Source of the DNA: Escherichia coli
Lineage (GTDB): Bacteria; Pseudomonadota; Gammaproteobacteria; Enterobacterales; Enterobacteriaceae
DNA: 64,000 nucleotides
Assembly: GCF_965641715.1 (NCBI RefSeq)
Contig: NZ_OZ282453.1
Direction: 5' to 3' (one strand)
The notes under the pieces are model-generated. The model was not told the origin of the DNA and did no database searches. It saw only the letters and a list, made by a program, of their open reading frames with translations. This document shows positions 21,478 through 31,904 of this stretch, piece by piece. The position numbers were made by a program, and so were the translations under genes. Numbering within the stretch: position 1 is the first letter of the stretch; every line of letters starts with the position of its first letter.

Positions 21478-21798
21478 TTATTGATTAATTAAATGCGGAA
21501 AATGTTGCTGAACCACTTCATAAATTTGCTGACCAATAGTTTCACCGTCCATAATATTCTCTATCGGAATCAAATATTGCCCTTGTTTCGGGTCAAGACT
21601 AACCACATCGAGTAATTTTTTGGAAATAGCAAAAATATCCGCCCAGTCGGTAAATCCGCCGACTTCACCTGCGGCGGTATGTTCCATTTCAACTTTGAAA
21701 TCATATTTGGTCAGCGCTTTTTTAACGACCGTTTGTAACATAACGCTACTGCCTACACCGTAACCACAGACAAACAGAATATTAATTGTATCTTTCAT
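21478..21798 (-). CDS. PTS EIIB component, L-ascorbate (UlaB/SgaB) family, 106 aa
   Basis: N-terminal ILFVCGYGVGSS phosphocysteine loop typical of Asc-family IIB; 21 bp downstream of the IIC gene. Confidence 0.85.
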   Translation of the reverse strand: MKDTINILFVCGYGVGSSVMLQTVVKKALTKYDFKVEMEHTAAGEVGGFTDWADIFAISKKLLDVVSLDPKQGQYLIPIENIMDGETIGQQIYEVVQQHFPHLINQ

Positions 21799-21819
21799 TT
21801 TTAAACCCTTAATATTTAA

Positions 21820-23163
21820 TTAACCCGCGTAAGGACCAAGATGGAATGTTGCAGCGATAAATTTCAGAACTTCACAAATAGCAGGCCATACGGTTGCCCA
21901 GTCAAATATTCCTGTCCAGCCGACGCCATTTTCAGCAAGCCCGGTTAACGGAATAGCCCACACCGTACCGAAGGTCTGAATAATACCCAGCAAGAACGTA
22001 CAGATAATTACGGAACGGTATCCGCCCATGCGGTTTGCTAATACGCCAATTGGACCGCCAGAGAAAAACAGAGGTACAAAGCCAGGCAATACCATAATTG
22101 GGCTGTGAACCAGTAATAAGATCCCCATCGAAAAAATGGTGCCAAAAGTACAGAAGACGAAGCCTAACGTTGCGGCATTGGGTGAAAAAGGCAACAGCGC
22201 GGCGACATCGACGGCGGGAATGGCATTAGGAATAAAGCGATCCTGCCAGCCTTTAAACGAACCGTTAATTTCGCCCACCATCATGCGCACACCCTGCAGC
22301 AAAATGACCATATACATGGAGAACTGTAAGCCAAGGTTGATGATATAGATGTACCAGGGCTTGCCTTTCGCCATTAACTGGACATTATCGATACCCGTTG
22401 ATAGCAAGAAACCACCGACAAACAGCGTCATCACAATGGCGATAGCCGTTACGTTATGGTTAAAAATCGCCAGCCACCCGGGGAGTTTCAGGTTTTCAGC
22501 ATCGTGCTTTTCGGGGTCACCAAATTTATGGGCGAATTTGGAGAAAAACCACAATCCCAACATCTGGTTATGAGCAATGGTAAAACCGGCATCTTTGGTA
22601 ACTTTGGCAATGGGCTTAACAATGAGCGTGGTGGAGAACGCCCAGAATACACCCGTTAATATTCCGGCAATAATAATGGATGTAGTCCAGCTAAAACCCA
22701 GCCAAAAGACAATCAACCATAATACCGCCTGAGAATGTGAAACACCGGTATTCCCTGTCAAAAATATCCCTTTGGCACCAGTATACCGACCAAATAATAC
22801 CAGCAGCAGGTTGGTAAAAAACGCCAGTACAAATACATAACCGACATAACCAAAATTATCCCCCAACGCAATTTGCGTTGCCGCTTTCATTGCGTAGGAA
22901 TCCATTAAATATCCGTGAACACCATAGGCTTTACTTACGGCTTCTGCTACCGGTTTAAATGTTGCGGAAAACTGGAAACCACCAAATAACACCATCATTA
23001 ATCCCACCATGGCGCTGACCATGCCGGTAATAATTTTTATTGGCGATTTCTTATCAAGGGCATAACCAATACCCACCAGCAAACCAATTAAAATTGCCGG
23101 TTCAGTTAAAAACGTTTGAATAACATCTATGAATTTGGCAAACATCGTCGGAACGCCCTCCAT
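21820..23163 (-). CDS. PTS EIIC permease, L-ascorbate (UlaA/SgaT) family, 447 aa
   Basis: Polytopic membrane protein sharing UlaA-like motifs (FKPV, NLKLPGWL, GVRMMV, LPGFVPLFFS); first gene of the IIC-IIB-sulfatase operon. Confidence 0.85.
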   Translation of the reverse strand: MEGVPTMFAKFIDVIQTFLTEPAILIGLLVGIGYALDKKSPIKIITGMVSAMVGLMMVLFGGFQFSATFKPVAEAVSKAYGVHGYLMDSYAMKAATQIALGDNFGYVGYVFVLAFFTNLLLVLFGRYTGAKGIFLTGNTGVSHSQAVLWLIVFWLGFSWTTSIIIAGILTGVFWAFSTTLIVKPIAKVTKDAGFTIAHNQMLGLWFFSKFAHKFGDPEKHDAENLKLPGWLAIFNHNVTAIAIVMTLFVGGFLLSTGIDNVQLMAKGKPWYIYIINLGLQFSMYMVILLQGVRMMVGEINGSFKGWQDRFIPNAIPAVDVAALLPFSPNAATLGFVFCTFGTIFSMGILLLVHSPIMVLPGFVPLFFSGGPIGVLANRMGGYRSVIICTFLLGIIQTFGTVWAIPLTGLAENGVGWTGIFDWATVWPAICEVLKFIAATFHLGPYAG

Positions 23164-23353
23164 AAGCGTACATTTCCGTTGTCAATGCATGAACCTTCTG
23201 CTGACGTTAATAATGTCTCAGGAAATTTTGTGTTTCGCTAAGCAATGCCTCTGTATGTATTCGGTAAGTGCACTGTAGTAATCAAAACAGTTCAATTAAA
23301 GATCTTATTTGATTATTTGTGATTTGATTTGCAAAAATAGAGCAATATATAAC

Positions 23354-23389
23354 CGTGATCGATCGGTTATTATTAATCGATCGATCACG
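23354..23389. promoter_or_regulatory. GATC-dense inverted repeat upstream of the PTS IIC gene; candidate operator or Dam-sensitive regulatory site
   Basis: cgtgatcgatcgg-ttattattaa-tcgatcgatcacg: 13-bp arms matching 12/13 around a 10-bp AT spacer; four GATC sites within about 30 bp. Confidence 0.4.
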
Positions 23390-23442
23390 ATTATTATTTT
23401 GAGTGAATAGTTGTTGCCGAAAAATTTACTGCCGTGATGTAT

Positions 23443-24570
23443 TTAAATTTTTACCAGCAGCGTCAGCACTTCATAGTGCGCGGTGTGCGGGAACATATCA
23501 AAAAGCTGTACCCGTTCAATGCGATAACCAGGCAGTTCTCGGATATCTTTTGCCATGGTTTGGGCGTTACAGCTGGAGTAGATGATAAAACGCGGTGCCA
23601 TCGTTGAGAGATAATCACACAGCGGTTTACCAATGCCGCGGCGCGGCGGGTTAACCAGCACCAGCTCCGGCACCTCCCCCTGAGCGGTGGCAAACTGAGT
23701 GGAGTCCAGCGCCTGAAATTGCAAACGCGTTAAGCCCAGTTCAGCGGCTGACTGCTTTGCACAGGCAATGGCCTCTGGCGCAATTTCGATCCCGGTTAAC
23801 TGCATGTCAGGCGTCGCGCAGTGTAAACCAAAGCCCCCCACACCGCAGAACAGATCCCACATATGTTTAACCGGCAGCTGTCGTACCCAGTCGCGCGCGG
23901 TGGCGTACAGCTGGCTGGCGACCGCCGGATTAGTCTGGAAGAAACTTTGCGGACGGACCCACAGCGGCACATCGTTAAAACGCTCCGCCAGTGCCTGTTG
24001 TTCGGTTAGGTAGATCTCCGTCTCCCCTTCCATAATCGCCATATGTACCGGCTGAATATTGACGGTAATAACTTTTAGCTGCGGTAGTTGTTCCTGTAAC
24101 CACGGTAGCGCCTTACGCAGTTGCGCCAGCTTGGTATCAGAACGCAGTACAAAGCGCAGCATCATGCCGCCATCGCTCTGGCTTTCGGTCAGCAGAATGT
24201 ATTTCAGTTCGCCACGCTTACGCGCCACGTTGTAGGGCGTTAACCCCGCTCGGGCGATAAACGGTTTTAGCGCCGCAAAAACGGGCGCAAATGAGGCAGG
24301 ATAAAGCGGGCAGTCACAAAGGTCTTCCGGTGTGCCGTCTCGATGCAGCATACCGAGCAGTGGTTTTTCAACGCTACCACTCACCACCATTTTGGCTTTA
24401 TTACGAAACCCTTGTTCCGGGCCTGACACCGGCGCGCACCATTCCTCAACCGGAAAGTCGGCGAGCAGATTTTTAAGATCGGCGGTTTTAGCGGAGAGTT
24501 GCTCTGGAATCGGCTGCGTTATCCACTGACAGGAACGACAGCGACCCGCGTCGTAAAGTGCGCACTGCAT
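23443..24570 (-). CDS. rlmC: 23S rRNA (uracil747-C5)-methyltransferase RlmC (RumB), 375 aa
   Basis: ORF track; N-terminal Cys cluster [14 protein letters not shown] and SAM-methyltransferase C-terminus; matches E. coli RlmC. Confidence 0.95.
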   Translation of the reverse strand: MQCALYDAGRCRSCQWITQPIPEQLSAKTADLKNLLADFPVEEWCAPVSGPEQGFRNKAKMVVSGSVEKPLLGMLHRDGTPEDLCDCPLYPASFAPVFAALKPFIARAGLTPYNVARKRGELKYILLTESQSDGGMMLRFVLRSDTKLAQLRKALPWLQEQLPQLKVITVNIQPVHMAIMEGETEIYLTEQQALAERFNDVPLWVRPQSFFQTNPAVASQLYATARDWVRQLPVKHMWDLFCGVGGFGLHCATPDMQLTGIEIAPEAIACAKQSAAELGLTRLQFQALDSTQFATAQGEVPELVLVNPPRRGIGKPLCDYLSTMAPRFIIYSSCNAQTMAKDIRELPGYRIERVQLFDMFPHTAHYEVLTLLVKI

Positions 24571-24610
24571 ACATTGACCTTCACATCATCAGGGGCGACG
24601 ATTATACACA

Positions 24611-25099
24611 TTATTGCAACTGGAAGAACCGCCGACTGGTCGAGGGAACGAACAGCAGCATCAGGATGAGCATATCCGGCAGCTTCTGCAGCATCAGGCT
24701 ATGGAAGATTTCACGTTTTGATTCACCGGGAATGCTGAACAGCTCCGGATAACCGTACCCCAGCGAAGCCGCCCACAAGTAACTTGCGGCAGTGATTTGT
24801 GTCAGCAGATACAGCCAGCGCGCCCAGCGACGCCCTTTCACCAGTGAAAACGCACACCAGATCTCAATGAAAACCAGCACCAGACTGCTTAAAAAGACCA
24901 GCGTTAAACTCCAGGTTTGTACGCTGCGATGAATGAACTCGCCAATACCGCGCACGCCCAGCGTATTGAAAATCATCAGCACGTCGAGGCCACGGATCAT
25001 AATAATGGCGAGCGCCGCCACCTGCACAAGCGCAGGCACATTCAGGCGAGCATGAGATGAAGATGTTTTCTTAAAAAATCCCAACGTTTCGTCTTCCAT
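24611..25099 (-). CDS. ybjO: inner-membrane protein YbjO, 162 aa
   Basis: ORF track; matches E. coli YbjO. Confidence 0.9.
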   Translation of the reverse strand: MEDETLGFFKKTSSSHARLNVPALVQVAALAIIMIRGLDVLMIFNTLGVRGIGEFIHRSVQTWSLTLVFLSSLVLVFIEIWCAFSLVKGRRWARWLYLLTQITAASYLWAASLGYGYPELFSIPGESKREIFHSLMLQKLPDMLILMLLFVPSTSRRFFQLQ

Positions 25100-25158
25100 G
25101 AAAACAATGCCGCGACATACGCGGCATTATGTAGCCAGGTTGGCAAATTTTAGTGTCT

Positions 25159-26004
25159 TCAGCCACGTCTTGCACGCTGGATGTCGCGTATCCGCTGTTT
25201 TTCTGCGCGAGCCATCAGATACCAGGCGATAAATCCGACAATTCCGACCGCACCAAGGATCAATGTTGCCAGGGCGTTGATTTCCGGATTCACCCCCATC
25301 CGCACGCTGGAAAAGACCAGCATCGGTAACGTGGTGGCTCCCGGCCCGGAAACAAAGCTGGCGATCACCAGATCATCAAGCGACAAAGTAAAAGCCAGTA
25401 ACCAGCCAGAAATGATCGCGGGCATGATCATCGGTAGCGTAATGACGAAAAACACTTTCAGCGGCGTCGCACCGAGATCCATCGCTGCTTCTTCTATCGA
25501 GCGATCCAGTTCCCGCAGACGCGACGAAATAACGACTGCCACATAAGCCGTACAGAAAGTGACATGCGCCAGCCAGATGGTAAGCATACCGCGGTCCGCA
25601 GGCCAGCCAATGGCATGAGCAAGCGCGACGAATAATAACAACAGCGACAAGCCCGTGATGACATCTGGCATTACCAGCGGCGCGGTGATCATAAAGGCAA
25701 AGCCATTTGATCCGCGAAACCTGCCAAAGCGCACCAGCACCACCGCCGCAATAGTTCCGAGGATCGCCGCCGCCGTTGCCGCACAGGCAGCAATTGTCAG
25801 GCTTAAACCAACCGCACTCATCATCGCGTCATCGCGCAATAACTCACCATACCAGCGCGTTGACCAGCCGGCCCACACCGTCACCAGCTTCGAGCTGTTA
25901 AACGAATAGATAACCAGCATCAGCATTGGCGCGTAGAGAAAGGTAAAGCCCAGCAGCAAAATCACAATCCGCCAGGGCGAACGAACTACCGGTAAATTAT
26001 TCAT
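25159..26004 (-). CDS. potI: putrescine ABC transporter permease, 281 aa
   Basis: ORF track 25159..26046 trimmed to ATG 26004 (MNNLPVVRSPW...), which overlaps the potH stop (ATGA). Confidence 0.9.
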   Translation of the reverse strand: MNNLPVVRSPWRIVILLLGFTFLYAPMLMLVIYSFNSSKLVTVWAGWSTRWYGELLRDDAMMSAVGLSLTIAACAATAAAILGTIAAVVLVRFGRFRGSNGFAFMITAPLVMPDVITGLSLLLLFVALAHAIGWPADRGMLTIWLAHVTFCTAYVAVVISSRLRELDRSIEEAAMDLGATPLKVFFVITLPMIMPAIISGWLLAFTLSLDDLVIASFVSGPGATTLPMLVFSSVRMGVNPEINALATLILGAVGIVGFIAWYLMARAEKQRIRDIQRARRG

Positions 26005-26954
26005 CCGTGTTCTCCCACGCTTTTTTGCTGGTGTTTGTGGAACCACATTATCGGCACAATTAGCAGCAGCAACATGATGATCGCTACCGCCGAGGCCACC
26101 GGCCAGTCGCGGTTATTGAAAAACTCTTGCCATAGCACGCGCCCGATCATGATGCTGTCCGGGCCACCGAGCAGTTCCGGGATCACAAACTCGCCCACAG
26201 CCGGGATAAACACCAGCATCGATCCGGCAATAATCCCACCTTTAGTCAGCGGCACGATCACAGTAAAGAACGTTTTCAGCGGTCGTGCACCGAGATCCAG
26301 CGCTGCTTCCACCAGCGAATAATCAATACGAATCAACGCGGTATAAATCGGCAGCACCATAAACGGCACGTAGGCGTAAACAATGCCAATATAAACTGCC
26401 AGATTGGTATGAAGAATGGTCAGCGGTTGATCGATAACCCCCAGCCACAGCAGAAAATTATTCAGCACACCGTTGTTTTTTAATATTCCCATCCAGGCGT
26501 AGACACGAATCAGAAACGAGGTCCACGACGGCAGGATCACCAGTAATAATAAGATATTACGGGTCGAAGGCTTACTGTGCGCCACCGCCCACGCCAGCGG
26601 ATAGCCGATCAGTAAACAGCAAAATGTCGAAATCGCCGCCACCTGTAACGACTGGAGATAAGCATCGAAATAGAGCGGATCGTCGGTCAGTTGCAGGAAA
26701 TTACCGAAATTAAGGGTGATGGACAGTTGCCCGTCAGCCCACTCCATCAGTTCGGTATAAGGTGGAATAGCGCGCGCCATCTCCGCCAGGCTTATTTTAA
26801 AGACAATCAGAAATGGCAGCAGAAACAGCAAGATCAACCAGATATATGGCAACGCAATGACCAGTTTGCGCCCATGCTTCATTTGCAGCTGCGACAACCA
26901 CAGCTTAAATCCGCCCGGCGGTTTCGACTGGGCAGCAGGTTCAAGTGTACTCAT
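26001..26954 (-). CDS. potH: putrescine ABC transporter permease, 317 aa
   Basis: ORF track; matches E. coli PotH. Confidence 0.95.
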   Translation of the reverse strand: MSTLEPAAQSKPPGGFKLWLSQLQMKHGRKLVIALPYIWLILLFLLPFLIVFKISLAEMARAIPPYTELMEWADGQLSITLNFGNFLQLTDDPLYFDAYLQSLQVAAISTFCCLLIGYPLAWAVAHSKPSTRNILLLLVILPSWTSFLIRVYAWMGILKNNGVLNNFLLWLGVIDQPLTILHTNLAVYIGIVYAYVPFMVLPIYTALIRIDYSLVEAALDLGARPLKTFFTVIVPLTKGGIIAGSMLVFIPAVGEFVIPELLGGPDSIMIGRVLWQEFFNNRDWPVASAVAIIMLLLLIVPIMWFHKHQQKSVGEHG

Positions 26955-26963
26955 CTTTGCTCC

Positions 26964-28097
26964 TTAAACCGTCAGCACCACACAGCTGTCCACTTCCCAG
27001 CACAAACGCACTTCGTCGCCCCAGGTCGGTAACCCTTTATGATGACGATGGGCGTTTTGTAGCTGGGCGCTGATCATCTGCCCACTTTTCAGACGAACGT
27101 GATACACCGAAAGATCGCCGAGATAGGCAATGTGTATCACCTCCCCCACCGCGAAGTTACAACCATTGGCGGGCGGCTCTTCGCAAAGCATGATTTTTTC
27201 CGGACGCAGCGCTACGTGTACCGGCACGTTATCGACCACTGAAGCATCCGCATCGACTTTCAGTGGATGCACCAGCCCCGGCGAATAAAGCACCAGACCA
27301 TCTTCCTGACGCTCTTTGAGTACACCTTCAAAGACATTAACCGAGCCAATAAATTCGGCGCTATAGCGGGTAGTCGGATGCTCGTAGATCTCTTCCGGTT
27401 CGCCAATCTGGACAAATTTCCCACGATTCATAATGGCGATGCGCCCCGCCATGGTCATCGCCTCTTCCTGATCGTGGGTGACCATCACACAAGTCACACC
27501 GACGCGCTCCAGAATATCCACCACTTCAAGCTGCATCCGGTCACGCAGCTTTTTATCCAGCGCGCCCATCGGCTCGTCGAGCAGTAATAGTTTCGGGCGT
27601 TTGGCAAGGCTTCGGGCCAGGGCCACACGCTGTCGCTGACCACCGGAAAGCTGATGCGGTTTGCGTTTGGCGAACTCCTGCATATGCACAAGGCCGAGCA
27701 TCTCATTGACCCGACTGGCAATTTCCGCTTTCGGTAGTTTGTCCTGTTTCAGGCCAAAAGCGATGTTCTGTTCCACGGTCATATGCGGAAACAGCGCGTA
27801 AGACTGAAACATCATATTGATAGGGCGCAGGTAAGGCGGTACCTGTGACAAATCGACGCCATCGAGCATAATCTGCCCGGCAGAAGGTTGTTCGAAACCT
27901 GCCAGCATACGCAGCAGCGTGGACTTGCCACAGCCGGATGCGCCCAGCAGCGCGAAGATTTCACCTTTGTAGATGGTCAGGCTGACATCATCCACCGCAT
28001 GTTGACCATCGTAGGATTTGGTGAGGTTGCGGATTTCTAATAGCGGCGTCAGCGCCTTACGGGTTTTCGCCTGCGGGCGAGGGATAGCGTCATTCAC
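26964..28097 (-). CDS. potG: putrescine ABC transporter ATP-binding protein, 377 aa
   Basis: ORF track 26964..28178 trimmed to GTG 28097 (MNDAIPRPQAKTRK...) to match the PotG length; Walker A GASGCGKST. Confidence 0.85.
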   Translation of the reverse strand: MNDAIPRPQAKTRKALTPLLEIRNLTKSYDGQHAVDDVSLTIYKGEIFALLGASGCGKSTLLRMLAGFEQPSAGQIMLDGVDLSQVPPYLRPINMMFQSYALFPHMTVEQNIAFGLKQDKLPKAEIASRVNEMLGLVHMQEFAKRKPHQLSGGQRQRVALARSLAKRPKLLLLDEPMGALDKKLRDRMQLEVVDILERVGVTCVMVTHDQEEAMTMAGRIAIMNRGKFVQIGEPEEIYEHPTTRYSAEFIGSVNVFEGVLKERQEDGLVLYSPGLVHPLKVDADASVVDNVPVHVALRPEKIMLCEEPPANGCNFAVGEVIHIAYLGDLSVYHVRLKSGQMISAQLQNAHRHHKGLPTWGDEVRLCWEVDSCVVLTV

Positions 28098-28191
28098 GGC
28101 TGCTCTCCGGCATTGAATGTGTGCAAGCGCACCATGATGGTGCGAATTGCCGGCGGGTGTGGTGCGCCCGCCCGGCATCTAAGGCTGCGGA

Positions 28192-29304
28192 TTATTTTCC
28201 GCTCTTCACTTTGGTCCACGCGCGGGTGCGCACACGGTCGATTTTCGGATCCTGTACTTTCAGAGTGAACAACTTCGCGCGGACATCCGCAGGCGGATAA
28301 ATACCCGGGTTATCACGGACTTCCGCACTTACCAGCGGCGTGGCTGCTTTATTGGCGTTAGCATAGAACACATGGTCAGAGATATGTGCCACCACATCAG
28401 GACGCAGCAGGTAATTCAGGAACTGATAGGCTTCGTCTTTATTTTTGGCATCCGCAGGCATGGCGAATACATCAAAGAACGCCATCGCCCCTTCTTTTGG
28501 AATCGAGAACGAGACATTCACGCCATTCTTCGCTTCCTTCGCGCGGTTTGACGCCTGCCAGACATCACCTGCCCAGCCGATAGCGACGCAAATATCGCCG
28601 TTTGCCAGGTCGTTAATGTATTGAGATGAATGGAAATAACGAATGTTCGGGCGCAGCTTTAACAGCAGATCGGTAGCCGGTCCGGTGTAATCATCCGCTT
28701 TAGTGCTGTTGGGATCTTTGCCGAGATAATTCAGCACGGTAGCAAAAACTTCTTCTGGCGCATCGAGGAAAGATACACCGCAGCTTTTCAGTTTTTCCAG
28801 ATTTTCAGGCTTGAGGATCAAGTCCCAGCTATCGACGGGCGCGTTTTCGCCCAGCACCGCTTTGACTTTATCGACGTTATAGCCAATCCCGGTCGTCGCC
28901 CACATATAGGGCATAGCAAATTTATTGTCGGGATCGTGTTTGGCGACCAACTTCAGCAGTTCCGGGTCGAGATTCTTCCACTCCGGCAATTTGCTTTTAT
29001 CCAGCGGCTGGAAAACTCCCGCTGTCAGCTGGCGTTCAAGAAAGCTTGCTGACGGCACCACCAGGTCAAAGCCGGTGCTCCCGGCCATTAATTTGCCTTC
29101 CAGTACTTCGTTAGAGTCGAAAACATCGTAGACGACTTTAATACCGGTTTCTTTTTCAAAGTTAGCCACCGTGTCGGGGGCGATATAATCAGACCAGTTA
29201 TAAATGTGGAGTGTTTTTTGTTCAGCCGCGAGCGTGCCGACAGAGACGGCCATCAGAGCACCCGCAACCAGACCCGAAAGCCATTTTTTATTTAAGGCGG
29301 TCAT
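28192..29304 (-). CDS. potF: putrescine-binding periplasmic protein, 370 aa
   Basis: ORF track 28192..29454 trimmed to ATG 29304 (MTALNKKWLSGLVAGALMAVSVGTLA..., signal peptide). Confidence 0.9.
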   Translation of the reverse strand: MTALNKKWLSGLVAGALMAVSVGTLAAEQKTLHIYNWSDYIAPDTVANFEKETGIKVVYDVFDSNEVLEGKLMAGSTGFDLVVPSASFLERQLTAGVFQPLDKSKLPEWKNLDPELLKLVAKHDPDNKFAMPYMWATTGIGYNVDKVKAVLGENAPVDSWDLILKPENLEKLKSCGVSFLDAPEEVFATVLNYLGKDPNSTKADDYTGPATDLLLKLRPNIRYFHSSQYINDLANGDICVAIGWAGDVWQASNRAKEAKNGVNVSFSIPKEGAMAFFDVFAMPADAKNKDEAYQFLNYLLRPDVVAHISDHVFYANANKAATPLVSAEVRDNPGIYPPADVRAKLFTLKVQDPKIDRVRTRAWTKVKSGK

Positions 29305-29654
29305 ATCTCTTTCCTTCTGAAAGTTCGTTAACAAACGAACAAAAGTTGTCACACTGAAAGATATGCAATAAACGTGCATATTTTTTATCGGCGCGGTGTA
29401 AGAAAAGAGAACTCTCTCCCGGCCAGCACTGCTCGCTATATAAAAGCATCGCAAGAATAACTTTAGCCAGGGTTTGAGACTATAGCTCGGATTAAAAAAC
29501 GGTATTTAACAAATTTTTATGCGTATTTGCTCTATGTGATAAAGCCAAATCGACACAAGAGAAGTGAAATAATCTTTAAGAAAAGGTTAAAAACAGCAGA
29601 TAATTTTGCAGCGCGCAGCCACTGCACCAGCGACTGCGTGCTCGAAAGGAGTTA

Positions 29655-30131
29655 TCAGTGGAGGAAATAGTTTTCGGTAACGTTGTTTTGCCCTTCATCG
29701 TCAGTCGGTAACAGCAGTTGATGGGCATTAGCTTCAAGAATGACCATCGAAATCTGCTCTTCGCTCTGACGCACGAACCATGCAAACTGCTCATAGGTTA
29801 CGCCCTGCATAACGGATAAAGACTGGCAAACCACCAGCTTTGGCAGATTATCATCCTGCATATCAAGAAATGCCTTCACGGTCAGCGAACTGGCATTGAT
29901 GGCAGATAAATCCGCCGCCAGCGGCAATACGGCTGAAGGTCGGACTTCCGCCATGGCAGAAAACAGGATCGTGTTATCGATCAGATCGATTTTGGCATCA
30001 AAGACACCGTCGAAATTCTGCATATGGGGCAGATGCAGAGCCTGACAGTTATCACATTCAAAAAAACTCATCCCCAGGTCATCGAGCCATTGACGCAGCG
30101 TATCCAGACCAGGAACGACCAGCGATGTCAT
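29655..30131 (-). CDS. ybjN: YbjN (putative sensory-transduction/chaperone-like protein), 158 aa
   Basis: ORF track 29655..30179 trimmed to ATG 30131 (MTSLVVPGLDTLRQW...). Confidence 0.9.
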   Translation of the reverse strand: MTSLVVPGLDTLRQWLDDLGMSFFECDNCQALHLPHMQNFDGVFDAKIDLIDNTILFSAMAEVRPSAVLPLAADLSAINASSLTVKAFLDMQDDNLPKLVVCQSLSVMQGVTYEQFAWFVRQSEEQISMVILEANAHQLLLPTDDEGQNNVTENYFLH

Positions 30132-30218
30132 AATTTTGTACAACCTCTTTCGATAAAAAGACCGGCACAGCTTACGCAAAAAGCGCAGGCAAAACCATGA
30201 TCAGTAATGTGATTGCGA

Positions 30219-31121
30219 CTAACCACCCGTTTTCAGGCAATATTCTGTCGTAGCGTGGCGTTCGATCCAGCGGATCATTTTACCCGCGATGTCGATACCG
30301 GTGGTTTTTTCTATTCCTTCCAGCCCCGGCGACGCATTCACTTCCATCACCAACGGCCCGCGATTAGCACGCAGAATATCCACACCAGCAACGTCCAGCG
30401 TCATCGTTCGCGCGGCTTTTATCGCGATTTCACGCTCCTGTGGTGTGATACTGGCGACGCTTGCCGCGCCGCCACGATGCAAATTGGAACGAAAATCGCC
30501 CTCTTTCGCCCGCCGTTCAATCGCAGCGACCACTTCATCGCCAACAACCAGACAGCGGATATCGCACCCTTGCGCCTCTTTGATATATTCCTGCACCAGA
30601 ATATGCGCGTTCAGACCGCGGAAAGCGTCAATCACGCTTTCCGCCGCCTGACGCGTCTCCGCCAGCACGACGCCAATTCCCTGCGTGCCTTCAACCAACT
30701 TGACCACCAGCGGCGCACCACCGACCATGTCGATTAAATCGCTGGTATCATCCGGCGAATGCGCAATGCCCGTGACAGGCAGGTCGATGCCCTGACGCGC
30801 CAGCAGTTGCATGGAACGCAATTTGTCACGCGCCCGGGCAATGGCGACCGACTCATTGAGCGGATAGCTCCCCAGCATCTCGAACTGGCGCAGTGCCGCC
30901 GTCCCATAAAAGGTAATGGCGGTGCCAATACGCGGGATCACTGCGTCAAAATGGGGTAACTTGCGGCCTTTGTAGTGAATAGAAGACGCCGCAGGATTTA
31001 TGTTCATGTAGCAAGAAAGCGGATCAAGAATTTCAACCAGGTGACCGCGCTGTATAGCGGCTTCACGCAGCCGCTTACACGAATAGAGCGTTCCATCCCG
31101 GGACAATATGGCAATTTTCAC
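30219..31121 (-). CDS. rimK: ribosomal protein S6 glutamate ligase (ATP-grasp), 300 aa
   Basis: ORF track; [22 protein letters not shown]...; matches E. coli RimK. Confidence 0.95.
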   Translation of the reverse strand: MKIAILSRDGTLYSCKRLREAAIQRGHLVEILDPLSCYMNINPAASSIHYKGRKLPHFDAVIPRIGTAITFYGTAALRQFEMLGSYPLNESVAIARARDKLRSMQLLARQGIDLPVTGIAHSPDDTSDLIDMVGGAPLVVKLVEGTQGIGVVLAETRQAAESVIDAFRGLNAHILVQEYIKEAQGCDIRCLVVGDEVVAAIERRAKEGDFRSNLHRGGAASVASITPQEREIAIKAARTMTLDVAGVDILRANRGPLVMEVNASPGLEGIEKTTGIDIAGKMIRWIERHATTEYCLKTGG

Positions 31122-31181
31122 CCTGCACCTCTCTGTCAGACCTGGTCAAAAGCCCGCGTATCATACATCGACGTGGCGGTT

Positions 31182-31904
31182 TTAGCGCGTCGCCCAACCC
31201 TGTTTGTGCAAATAATCCAGAATAAATGGGCGGCTTTCTTTAATGATTGTTCGGCGGATATGATCGCTCCAGGTATCCCGGCGATTATTGCTGCCACGGG
31301 TGAGGTAATATTCCGCCAGTTGCTCGTCATACTGCGCCAGTGCGTCTTTATCCAGCGGTTGATAGCTGTTTTCATGCACCAAAATGGAGGCCGGTAAACG
31401 CGGCTTGAGATCCGGATTATCCGCAGGCCAGCCAAGGCACAGCCCAAACAGCGGCAGAACATGCTGCGGTAATTTCAGCAGTTTCGTCACCGCTTCAATA
31501 TTATTGCGCAGGCCGCCGATATATACGCCGCCCAATCCCAGCGATTCCGCTGCGGTTAATGCATTCTGCGCCATCATTGCCGTATCAACGACACCGAGCA
31601 ACAGCTGTTCCGCCAGGCCGAGCTGAGCATCCGGACAGATCTGTAAATGGCGGTTAAAGTCGGCACAGAACACCCAGAACTCCGCCGCTTGCGCTACGTG
31701 TTTTTGCCCGCCGGTCAGCGTCACCAGCTCTTCACGTAATGCTTTGTCGGTAATGCGAATAATGCTACTACACTGCAAAAAACTGGAACTGGACGTCGCA
31801 CGGGCGCTGTTAATAATCGCCTCACGCTGCGCTTCGGAAATGGGTTCATCAGTGAAATGGCGAATGGAGCGATGGCCACAAATAAGTTCAATGGTTGGCG
31901 TCAT
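31182..31904 (-). CDS. nfsA: oxygen-insensitive NADPH nitroreductase, 240 aa
   Basis: ORF track; MTPTIELICGHRSIRHFTDEPISEAQREAIINSARATSSSSFLQ...; matches E. coli NfsA. Confidence 0.95.
   Translation of the reverse strand: MTPTIELICGHRSIRHFTDEPISEAQREAIINSARATSSSSFLQCSSIIRITDKALREELVTLTGGQKHVAQAAEFWVFCADFNRHLQICPDAQLGLAEQLLLGVVDTAMMAQNALTAAESLGLGGVYIGGLRNNIEAVTKLLKLPQHVLPLFGLCLGWPADNPDLKPRLPASILVHENSYQPLDKDALAQYDEQLAEYYLTRGSNNRRDTWSDHIRRTIIKESRPFILDYLHKQGWATR

Noticed and set aside
29371-29386. Possible sigma-54 promoter (-24/-12) for potFGHI, read on the minus strand as aTGCAC-N5-TTGCA
   Set aside because: The -12 TTGCA is good but the invariant -24 GG is TG here; too weak to call without a scoring matrix or transcription-start data.
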